Both the position numbers and the translations under genes were made by a program. A stretch of DNA of 42,443 nucleotides from a virus: positions 1-42,443 of the IMG/VR virus record IMGVR_UViG_3300045988_096068; one strand, 5' to 3'. Of the stretch, positions 14,163-21,113 are shown piece after piece; position 1 is the first letter of the stretch; each line of letters starts with the position of its first letter. A model generated the notes under the pieces. That model did no database searches and was not told where the DNA came from. It worked only from the letters and a program-made list of their open reading frames with translations.

Positions 14163-14957
14163 ATGAGAAATATGGCTAAGATCGCGATCATTAACCTCAA
14201 GGGCGGCGTCGGAAAGTCCGTCACCGCCTGCAACCTGTCCTGCATCCTGGCGGGCATCCATTCCCGGCGGGTGCTGGTCATGGATCTGGACAAGCAGGCC
14301 AACACGAGCAAATTTTTCAAGCGGTTTTCGGACACGGCAGACACGATGGGCGACGTGCTGGAACTCAGAGTCAAGCTGCCCGACGTGATCCAGCAGACCG
14401 ATTTTGACGGCGTTGACATTGCACCAAGCAACATGAGCATGCTGCTGGCCAACAAAAACGTGATGTTCGACGTCCGGCGTCCGCAGGCCGACCGGCTGAA
14501 GAACGCCCTCGAACCGCTGCGAAACGATTACGATTACTGCATTTTCGACTGTCCACCCGACATCGACATGGCCACCATCAACGCTCTGGTTGCTGCTGAT
14601 TACGTCATCATCCCGGTGGATTGCGACGAGTGGGCGCTGGATGGGCTGGCCGAGATCATGGATCAGGTGCGGGACATCCAGCACGGATACAACCACGAGC
14701 TTGCCGTGATGGGCGTGCTGGCCACCAAGTATTACCGGTGCCTGTATTCGACACAGGCCATCAATCAGATCGCCCATCTTGATATCCCGGCTTTCCGGAA
14801 CGAGGACGGCAGCGTGATGCGCATCAACAACAGCGTCCGAGTCAAGGAGGCAAAATCGGCACATGAGCCGCTGTACAAGTTCGCACCCAAGTGCAAGCCT
14901 GCCGAGCAGTACAAAAATCTGGCAGTACGTGTGATGCAGATCGTGGAGGGAAAGTGA
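14163..14957 (+). CDS. parA: ParA/Soj-type partition ATPase
   Basis: Deviant Walker A NLKGGVGKS near the N-terminus. Length 264 aa. Immediately followed by parB. Confidence 0.9.
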   Translation: MRNMAKIAIINLKGGVGKSVTACNLSCILAGIHSRRVLVMDLDKQANTSKFFKRFSDTADTMGDVLELRVKLPDVIQQTDFDGVDIAPSNMSMLLANKNVMFDVRRPQADRLKNALEPLRNDYDYCIFDCPPDIDMATINALVAADYVIIPVDCDEWALDGLAEIMDQVRDIQHGYNHELAVMGVLATKYYRCLYSTQAINQIAHLDIPAFRNEDGSVMRINNSVRVKEAKSAHEPLYKFAPKCKPAEQYKNLAVRVMQIVEGK

Positions 14958-14958
14958 T

Positions 14959-16080
14959 ATGAGCACTGGATTATTGAGCGGGCTTCTGGGTGCACAGCCG
15001 TCCACCCCGGCGGGGCCTGGGATGCGGGTGGTCATGATCGACCGCAAAAACATCATTATCAACCCGGACAACCGGAAGATCTATCGCATCGGGGACGTGT
15101 CACGGCTCAAAGAGGATATCAAGACCAACGGCATCCGCCAGCCGCTGGAAGTGGTGGAGCTGGATAATGGCAATTACAAGCTGATCGGCGGAGAGCGGCG
15201 GTTGACCGCTTGCGAGGAGCTGGCCAAAGAGGGCGATACACGGTTTGAGGCTCTTCCCTGCGTCATCCTCAAGCTCAAGCATGACGATGACGAGAAGATC
15301 GCGCTCATCACGGCCAACGCTACCGCCCGCGACCTGACGGACGGTGAACGGCTGGCGCAGTATGAGACGCTCAAGGAGATTTTAACGAGGCGAAAAAGCC
15401 TCGGTGGGCTGAGCGGAAAGGTCCGTGATGAGCTGTGCAGGATCCTGGGCTTGAGCACTGGTGCAGCGGCCCGGCTAAACGCGATCTCGGAAAACTGCGG
15501 CGATGATACCAAGCGGGAGCTTCAGGCCGGGGAAATCACCCTGATGGGCGCATATCGTCGGGCACAAGAGATTATTGCGGCGCGGATGGCGCAGCAGGAA
15601 GCAGCCAAAGCCCCGAAACCAGATAAACCGGTGAACGAAAAGCCGGTCGTGTTCGACTGCAAACCAGAGTCTTCGGTAACGGTACCGCAGAATCCTGATT
15701 ATGACGAATGGAATCTTCCGCTAGAGTGCCGGTTGGCAGTAGAAGAAGCCCACAAAAAAGCCAAAGAAGCCACGGCAAGCCATGGCATGCCAGAGAAACC
15801 CGAAGAATCCCGTGGGAAGGACACACTGCGCAAGCTGGCGGAAAAAGAATTGAGCCAAAAGGCCTTATGGACCTTAGACCGCAATCTGTTTATTTATCGG
15901 CTGTATTTTTACAAGCATTCTCTCCCCGGCGGGGCGGAACTGTACCGCATGGAAGATAAGCAGAAGGATGAGCATAAACGATATGCGATCATACTGCAAG
16001 ATTACGAGTTTTTCACATCCGGCTGGGAAACTTACGAGGAAGCAGTCGAAAGTCTTGTCCGATACCTGAACCTGAAATAA
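14959..16080 (+). CDS. parB: ParB-family protein (N-terminal ParB/Srx domain)
   Basis: IRQPLEVVELDNGNYKLIGGERRLTACEEL matches the ParB box with the GERR arginine patch. The start is 2 nt after the parA stop. Confidence 0.85.
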   Translation: MSTGLLSGLLGAQPSTPAGPGMRVVMIDRKNIIINPDNRKIYRIGDVSRLKEDIKTNGIRQPLEVVELDNGNYKLIGGERRLTACEELAKEGDTRFEALPCVILKLKHDDDEKIALITANATARDLTDGERLAQYETLKEILTRRKSLGGLSGKVRDELCRILGLSTGAAARLNAISENCGDDTKRELQAGEITLMGAYRRAQEIIAARMAQQEAAKAPKPDKPVNEKPVVFDCKPESSVTVPQNPDYDEWNLPLECRLAVEEAHKKAKEATASHGMPEKPEESRGKDTLRKLAEKELSQKALWTLDRNLFIYRLYFYKHSLPGGAELYRMEDKQKDEHKRYAIILQDYEFFTSGWETYEEAVESLVRYLNLK

Positions 16081-16093
16081 GTGAGGCAGAACC

Positions 16094-16744
16094 ATGAAAG
16101 TCCTTATCGCTTGCGAGGAATCGCAGGAAGTTTGCAAAGCGTTTCGTGCAAAAAATCACGAAGCCTACTCTTGCGACATTCAGGAACCATCAGGAGGGCA
16201 TCCTGAATGGCACATTCTTGGAGATGCGCTCAAGGCTATTGAGGGGGGGCAAATCGTGACGATGGACGGCGTAGAGCATGACATCGGGAAATGGGATTTG
16301 CTCATTGCGCACCCGCCTTGCACTTATTTGACAAAAGCCGGCGGAAATAGGTTAGTGATTGACGGCAAAATTCAAGCAGAGCGATATAAAAAAGGATGCG
16401 ATGCACGAGATTTTTTCATGAAGTTCTGGAATGCCCCGGTGGATAAAATAGCAATAGAAAATCCGATACCAATGAGAATCTTTGGATTGCCAGAATACAG
16501 CCAGATCATTCAGCCGTATATGTTCGGAGAGGAATACATGAAAACGACGTGCTTATGGCTGAAAAACATTCCGGGACTGTTCGCCACAGATATCGTTATA
16601 CCTACGTCGAAATGGGTCTCGTCGTCAGATCATCGTGCGGTGAAACGAAAAGACGCATGGTCTCAAAGTGGCCATAGAACAGCGAAACAGCGAAGCAAAA
16701 CATTTTCCGGCATTGCAAAAGCCATGTCTGAGCAGTGGGGATAG
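16094..16744 (+). CDS. C5-cytosine methyltransferase-like protein (short form)
   Basis: HPPCTYLTKAG (PC catalytic motif) and IENP (ENV-like motif). No canonical FxGxG motif I, so activity is uncertain. Confidence 0.55.
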   Translation: MKVLIACEESQEVCKAFRAKNHEAYSCDIQEPSGGHPEWHILGDALKAIEGGQIVTMDGVEHDIGKWDLLIAHPPCTYLTKAGGNRLVIDGKIQAERYKKGCDARDFFMKFWNAPVDKIAIENPIPMRIFGLPEYSQIIQPYMFGEEYMKTTCLWLKNIPGLFATDIVIPTSKWVSSSDHRAVKRKDAWSQSGHRTAKQRSKTFSGIAKAMSEQWG

Positions 16745-16776
16745 ATAATTTTTATAAAAACTAAGGAGGAACCACA

Positions 16777-17229
16777 ATGGAGCCGCTGACGCCACGAGAA
16801 TTTCGGAAATTGTATGCTATCCCTTACGACATCGAAAAACGTCAGCGGCGCATTGAACAGCTCGAAGCAATACAGGCTGACGGCCCGCAGAGCGCCTCCG
16901 ATGTGGTCAAGTCTTCCAGCGGTGAGGGGAACGCCTGCATCCTGAGTCACGCGACCGTGACCGGAACGGACATTTCCTTCACCCGGCGGGAAGATGAGAT
17001 CAAGCGGCTCAAGCGGACCAACGTCCAGCAGCGGAAAAAGTACATGTATGGTCTGAGCCTTATTGAGAGCTGCGATGACTGCGAGCTGCGGGCGCTGCTC
17101 ACGGCAGTCTGCACGGAAGGCAAAAAGCCGCAGATCGTGGCAGTCGAGCTTATGGAGAAGGGAATGGATGTTGGTCCTGAAGCCATTCGAAGCCGAGTGG
17201 ATCGGTGGATTAAGAAGAATGTGAGGTAA
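16777..17229 (+). CDS. Putative sigma-region-4-like phage transcription regulator (DUF1492-like)
   Basis: The C-terminal IESCDDCELRALLTAVCTEGKKPQIVAVELM...EAIRSRVDRWIKK resembles late-activator families. Assigned from memory. Confidence 0.45.
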   Translation: MEPLTPREFRKLYAIPYDIEKRQRRIEQLEAIQADGPQSASDVVKSSSGEGNACILSHATVTGTDISFTRREDEIKRLKRTNVQQRKKYMYGLSLIESCDDCELRALLTAVCTEGKKPQIVAVELMEKGMDVGPEAIRSRVDRWIKKNVR

Positions 17230-17234
17230 GGCAA

Positions 17235-17474
17235 ATGAAAAATTGTCCTGTGTGTGATTTTATTAGACAATCTAAAGACGCTTTGGAAGAACTTGGCGGA
17301 TATGTGTCCTTCGGGTGCTCTACAATAGCGTGGTATCATAGAGATGATAATCTAATATATTCCATGAACAGTAACGGAACAACTCAACTTTTATATTGCC
17401 CTAATTGCGGACTCCCGATAAATGAAATCCAGAGAAATCCAGAGCATCTAAAGGAGACCAATAATGACAGATGA
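17235..17474 (+). CDS. Small zinc-ribbon protein (79 aa)
   Basis: CPVC...CPNC pairs. AT-rich segment. Confidence 0.6.
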   Translation: MKNCPVCDFIRQSKDALEELGGYVSFGCSTIAWYHRDDNLIYSMNSNGTTQLLYCPNCGLPINEIQRNPEHLKETNNDR

Positions 17475-18126
17475 AGGCTTCCGACGGCTTGCAAGTGATT
17501 TGAAGTGCGGCCTGATTACTGTGGACCAAATTCGAGCGGCAGGATTAGATCGAGAAGTAAAGGATTATCTGGATTCTTCCCAATACGCCTATATTGAGAC
17601 TATGAGAAAAGATGACCTTGAAAGAAGAAAAAATTCTGACACGATAAACCCACTGCACTACGAGATGTGCAAAGATTCTTCTGATCCATGCAAAGGCTGC
17701 TCAAATCTTACGTCGTTATATGCGGATGATAAAGTTGTTGAGCAATTCTGTGAAGACCGCACCTGCCCCATCTGGCTCAAAGACCATCCAAAAGATAAAA
17801 TCAAACAGGTCAAAACGCTCACAGTCGAAGAGTGGAGGCGGAAAGTAGCAAAAGAGGAAGAGCCTGCAAACCCGTGTGCGGGGTGCAAGTTCCGGAAGTA
17901 CCACGATTGGTTAGAACCAACATGGAAAGGACCCTCTGCCCATTACTACGACTGCGAAAATCCATCCTGCCCGAATTGGAACCGGCTGTGGTGGCGAAAC
18001 AACGATGATGGCTCACCTCTTCTGGATCAGGAACCTATCAAGCTGAAGAGAAAGATTCAACACGCGGCCTATGCGCTGGTAACGTGGATGAACAATGCTA
18101 TCAGCACAATTTCAGAAGAAATCTAA
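17464..18126 (+). CDS. Hypothetical Cys-rich protein (220 aa)
   Basis: Several CxxC / CPxW motifs (PCKGCSNL, RTCPIW, PCAGCKF, PSCPNW). RBS AAGGAGA. Confidence 0.65.
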   Translation: MTDEGFRRLASDLKCGLITVDQIRAAGLDREVKDYLDSSQYAYIETMRKDDLERRKNSDTINPLHYEMCKDSSDPCKGCSNLTSLYADDKVVEQFCEDRTCPIWLKDHPKDKIKQVKTLTVEEWRRKVAKEEEPANPCAGCKFRKYHDWLEPTWKGPSAHYYDCENPSCPNWNRLWWRNNDDGSPLLDQEPIKLKRKIQHAAYALVTWMNNAISTISEEI

Positions 18127-18220
18127 AAAATATTTCAAAGTATTCAAGTAAAACAGGCAAATTCAGTTCAAATAAGTCATACTTTCAAAAGCGCGTTTCT
18201 CGCAGCATCGTAATTCCCGT

Positions 18221-18302
18221 GCACGAAATGCACGGATTGCAGCAAAACGCACGAAATGACCGAAATGACCGAAATGCACGATTTGACCGGATTGCGCATT
18301 TT
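18221..18302 (+). repeat. Nine tandem ~9-bp units (consensus GMMCGRAWT) directly upstream of a promoter
   Basis: GCACGAAAT GCACGGATT GCAGCAAAAC GCACGAAAT GACCGAAAT GACCGAAAT GCACGATTT GACCGGATT GCGCATTTT. Confidence 0.85.
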
Positions 18303-18307
18303 TAATG

Positions 18308-18316
18308 TGCTATAAT
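18308..18316 (+). promoter_or_regulatory. Extended -10 promoter element TGCTATAAT
   Basis: TATAAT at 18311..18316 is preceded by TGC. There is no good -35; the repeat array occupies that position. Confidence 0.5.
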
Positions 18317-18484
18317 CAAAATGCGGTTATTGGGTGAAAGCCCAAGAAACCGCTCATTGTGGATTCGGACTTCCCGGCGGGAATCATAGAGCGGTCGAAC
18401 CTTACCGCACTCAATGGGACCAGCGCCGTCCGCTTCAAAACCCAGCGGCGCATGACGAACAAGATATCACATCCACCCGGCGGG
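18317..18484 (+). other. Hairpin-rich leader or candidate ncRNA
   Basis: Stems GCGGTT/AACCGC enclosing TGGG/CCCA; TTCCC/GGGAA; GCGGT/ACCGC; GCGCCG/CGGCGC. It contains two CCCGGCGGG copies. No convincing ORF. Confidence 0.3.
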
Positions 18485-18501
18485 GTGTCCACAGTGGACA
18501 C
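18485..18501. repeat. Perfect 17-bp palindrome GTGTCCACAGTGGACAC (copy B)
   Basis: Read directly. It abuts CCCGGCGGG (18476..18484) and lies 30 nt upstream of ATG 18531. Confidence 0.9.
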
Positions 18502-18530
18502 ATTTCAAAAAAGAAAGGAGCTGCACAATC

Positions 18531-18767
18531 ATGGGGAACGTTATGGAGAACCTGATCGAAACCATTTACAAAACGATTGACGTGATGAAAACATTGGGCT
18601 GCATCCTTTCTGACCTCTTCCGAACGAAGTCTATGTTCTGGATGCGGAAAAACAAGAAAATCGTAATGATGCGGCGGCATTCCCGCTGCCGCTTTGTAAA
18701 GAAGACCTGTCATAAGATGCGGCATCGTGAGCCGCGGGCAGAGATCGGAGGAACCGGCTGTATCTAA
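18531..18767 (+). CDS. Hypothetical small basic protein (78 aa)
   Basis: Strong RBS GAAAGGAG. The C-terminal half is Arg/Lys/His/Cys-rich. Confidence 0.6.
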   Translation: MGNVMENLIETIYKTIDVMKTLGCILSDLFRTKSMFWMRKNKKIVMMRRHSRCRFVKKTCHKMRHREPRAEIGGTGCI

Positions 18768-18835
18768 GGCGCGACCGACCTGCTATTCGGCGAACACTTA
18801 CTGACATCATTAGGTACGAGATCACTTAAAAATTT

Positions 18836-18876
18836 ACGGCGGCTTTTCAAGCAACTGCAAAAGGCCGCCGTTTTTA
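18836..18876 (+). terminator. Rho-independent terminator
   Basis: ACGGCGGC / GCCGCCGT stem followed by TTTTT. Confidence 0.6.
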
Positions 18877-18877
18877 T

Positions 18878-18950
18878 GTCGCTTTAGCTCAACCGGAAGA
18901 GCTGACGGCTCATAACCGTTTGGTTGCAGGTTCAAATCCTGCAAGCGGCA
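18878..18950 (+). tRNA. tRNA with anticodon CAT (Met or lysidine-Ile), no encoded CCA
   Basis: The cloverleaf was folded by hand. Acceptor GTCGCTT/AAGCGGC (one G-U pair), D arm GCTC/GAGC, anticodon loop CTCATAA (CAT at 18911..18913), T arm GCAGG-TTCAAAT-CCTGC. Confidence 0.85.
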
Positions 18951-18958
18951 TTCTATAA

Positions 18959-19034
18959 ATTCCCGTAGCTCAATTGGTAGAGCATCGGTCTCCAAAACCG
19001 AAGGCTGAAGGCTCGGTCCCTTCCGGGAATGCCA
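18959..19034 (+). tRNA. tRNA-Trp (anticodon CCA) with encoded CCA end and an atypical T-loop
   Basis: Acceptor ATTCCCG/CGGGAAT, D arm GCTC/GAGC, anticodon loop CTCCAAA (CCA at 18992..18994). The T arm is GAAGG-CTCGGTC-CCTTC, where the loop lacks the usual TTCRA. Confidence 0.8.
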
Positions 19035-19247
19035 GGCGCGCACCCTATGAGGGGGCGGCGCGAATAGCGGGGCATCCAGCCGCGAAAGTTCTGGATGCAG
19101 CGGAACCTTATCTCTTGAGCCTCCTGGCGAAATTGATATGCGGTGGAATGCAAGGTTCCGCTTATTTTGAATTTGGCTTGAAATGGCACGAGTGTATAAC
19201 TTGAGCGGTTTCAGGCTTTTTGTTTTGCCAGAAAGGAGGGATTCACT
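19035..19247 (+). other. Structured spacer between the tRNAs and the methylase gene (candidate ncRNA or leader)
   Basis: GCATCCAG/CTGGATGC (8 bp) and GCGGAACC/GGTTCCGC (8 bp enclosing about 48 nt). No ORF. I recognise no riboswitch class. Confidence 0.2.
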
Positions 19248-20573
19248 ATGAAATATGGCGTTCCGTATCAAGGGAGCAAGAACAAAATTGCACAGTGGAT
19301 TATCTCCAATCTCCCCTCTGGGGACACACTGATCGACCTGTTTGCTGGTGGCTGTGCCGTTACCCATGCCGCGATACTGTCTGGAAAATGGAACCGCATT
19401 GTCGCGAATGACATCGGTGATGCGCCGCAGTTGTTCATGGACGCTATCCACGGAAAGTATGCCAACGAAAAGCGTTGGATTAGCCGTGAGGAGTTTCACC
19501 GAATAAAAGATTCCGACACTTACGTTTCGCTTTGTTGGAGTTTCGGAAACAATCGAAGCAGCTATCTCTATGCCAGGGAAATCGAGCCGTGGAAGAAAGC
19601 TCTTCATTTTGCAAGAGTGCATAATGATTATAGTCTATTTCGTGAGTTCGGAATAAAAACAACCGGAAGCAAAAAAGATATTTTAGAAAACGAATCCGTA
19701 TATAAAGAAAAATACATAAAATGGTGGCTTTCTCAGCAACCATATAAAGCGGATAAACTCGAAGAGCTTATTCGCCAAACGGAGTCGGACATAAAAAAAT
19801 CGGAAAAGGTTCTTAGAGATTATCTTTTAGCCGGATTAAAACAATCTGGAATTTCGCAATCTGAAGTTCAAAAAAGACTCGGAACGCAAATGGCTGGGCA
19901 TTATTTTGGCCGCTCTCAATGGAGCTTTCCGACAAAGGAAATGTATCAAAAAATGCAGACATTTATGCCATATCCGACCGAGTATGAAGAACTTACAGAA
20001 CTATACAACCTGAAAAAAAGTCTGGAAAGTCTGCAAAGTCTGCAAAGTCTGCAAAGTCTGCAAAGTCTGGAAAGTCTGGAAAGTCTGGAAAGTCTGGAAA
20101 GTCTGGAAAGTCTGGAAAGGCTGGAAAGGCTGCAAAGGCTGCAAAGTCTGGAAAGGCTGCAAAGTCTGGAAAGGCTGCAAAGTCTGGAAAGGCTGGAAAG
20201 GCTGGAAAGGCTGCAAAGTCTGCAAAGGCTGGAAATACTGCAAAAAGATTATGCGAAAGTTCAAATCCCGGATGACGCAATTGTGTACGCAGACCCACCA
20301 TATAAGGGAACGGACAGCACCGGCTATAAATGCGAGTTCGACCATATGGCTTTTGAACAATGGCTGGAAAAGGTTCCGTTTATGGTGATCGTCAGCGAAT
20401 ACGAAGCGCCTGCTGGATGCGTAGAAATTGCAAGCATAAAGAAGCAATCCACTATGGGCGCTGGTAACAAAGGCGGGTGCAAAACCGAGAAACTATTTGT
20501 TCAGGAAAGGTTCTCGAACAAATATAAAAGCCTAATGCTGCTGGAACATGGGCAACAACTGACAATGCTATGA
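19248..20573 (+). CDS. N6-adenine DNA methyltransferase (Dam-like, D12 class) with an internal 75-residue tandem repeat
   Basis: YQGSKNKIA and DLFAGGCAV (AdoMet motif I) are N-terminal, and VYADPPYKGT (catalytic DPPY) is C-terminal. RBS GAAAGGAGGG. Confidence 0.85.
   Translation: MKYGVPYQGSKNKIAQWIISNLPSGDTLIDLFAGGCAVTHAAILSGKWNRIVANDIGDAPQLFMDAIHGKYANEKRWISREEFHRIKDSDTYVSLCWSFGNNRSSYLYAREIEPWKKALHFARVHNDYSLFREFGIKTTGSKKDILENESVYKEKYIKWWLSQQPYKADKLEELIRQTESDIKKSEKVLRDYLLAGLKQSGISQSEVQKRLGTQMAGHYFGRSQWSFPTKEMYQKMQTFMPYPTEYEELTELYNLKKSLESLQSLQSLQSLQSLESLESLESLESLESLERLERLQRLQSLERLQSLERLQSLERLERLERLQSLQRLEILQKDYAKVQIPDDAIVYADPPYKGTDSTGYKCEFDHMAFEQWLEKVPFMVIVSEYEAPAGCVEIASIKKQSTMGAGNKGGCKTEKLFVQERFSNKYKSLMLLEHGQQLTML
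20019..20243 (+). repeat. 25 tandem 9-bp units AG(T/G)CTG(C/G)AA, in frame, encoding (S/R)L(E/Q) x25
   Basis: Counted unit by unit: SLE, SLQx4, SLEx6, RLE, RLQx2, SLE, RLQ, SLE, RLQ, SLE, RLEx2, RLQ, SLQ, RLE, ILQ. Confidence 0.95.
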
Positions 20574-20926
20574 CCGAACGATTATTGAATTGGCTCAAGG
20601 GCCTGATTGCATCCGGCGATGTGCATTCGTTCTACTGCTCTTCGCAGTGGGTGCGGCTGTCGCATGAGGTGCTGGACATGGACAAGCACGAGTGCCAGAT
20701 TTGCAAGCAGCGCGGTCGATACCGGCGCGCCGACCTGGTCCATCATGTCAACCATGTCAAGGACGCACCGGAAAGGGCGCTGGACATCTGGTATACAGAT
20801 GCAGACGGCAACCGGCAGCGCAACCTTATCAGTGTATGCAAGGACTGCCATGAGACGGTCTGCCATCCAGAGCGGATGCGCAGATGCAAAAGCGCTCCGC
20901 CGTTGACGCGCGAGCGCTGGGACTGA
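20570..20926 (+). CDS. HNH endonuclease (packaging-associated)
   Basis: CQICKQRG...LVHHVNHV...NLISVCKDCHETVCH. The start overlaps the methylase stop (ATGA). Located just upstream of terS. Confidence 0.9.
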   Translation: MTERLLNWLKGLIASGDVHSFYCSSQWVRLSHEVLDMDKHECQICKQRGRYRRADLVHHVNHVKDAPERALDIWYTDADGNRQRNLISVCKDCHETVCHPERMRRCKSAPPLTRERWD

Positions 20927-21113
20927 CCGGCTGTGTGAATCTTTCTCCTATGCCCGGTGTCCACCGTGTACACCCCCCTCCCAAAAAAACGGGGTGAGCG
21001 GGTCGGGGCCTTACTCGTGGTGTCCCTCGACTTTCCAGCTTTCCTCTCGCGCACACGTGCGCGCGGGAATCGTTGTGATGTTGCACAAAATTTGACGAAA
21101 GGATGATTCCATA
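20927..21113 (+). other. Candidate cos / terminase recognition region
   Basis: Intergenic segment between HNH and terS with G/C runs (CACCCCCCTCCC, GGGGTGAGCGGGTCGGGGCC), the inverted repeat CGCGCAC-AC-GTGCGCG and a degenerate copy of the 17-bp palindrome. Confidence 0.3.
20957..20973. repeat. Degenerate (16/17) copy of the palindrome: GTGTCCACCGTGTACAC (copy D)
   Basis: Read directly. Preceded by CCCGG. Confidence 0.7.

Noticed and set aside
13980-15071. 363-aa minus-strand ORF
   Set aside because: It is antisense to parA, whose Walker A motif and coupling to parB are unambiguous. It is a shadow ORF.
18084-18305. 73-aa + strand ORF spanning the 9-bp repeat array (reads ...NARNDRNDRNARFDR...)
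   Set aside because: It starts inside the preceding gene without an RBS. The periodicity is better explained as a non-coding binding-site array abutting a promoter.
18959-19034. Possibility that the phage tRNA is a stop-codon suppressor (recoding phage)
   Set aside because: The anticodon read from the loop CTCCAAA is CCA (Trp), not UCA/CUA/UUA. The genes in the window terminate normally at TGA, TAA and TAG.
19035-19247. Third tRNA or known riboswitch (ZTP, c-di-GMP and guanidine were considered)
   Set aside because: No cloverleaf could be folded, and the conserved cores of these riboswitch classes are absent. It is kept only as an unclassified structured spacer.
20019-20243. Possible CRISPR-like or minisatellite locus
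   Set aside because: The units are contiguous 9-mers with no spacers, and they sit in frame inside a methyltransferase gene. This is not a CRISPR array.
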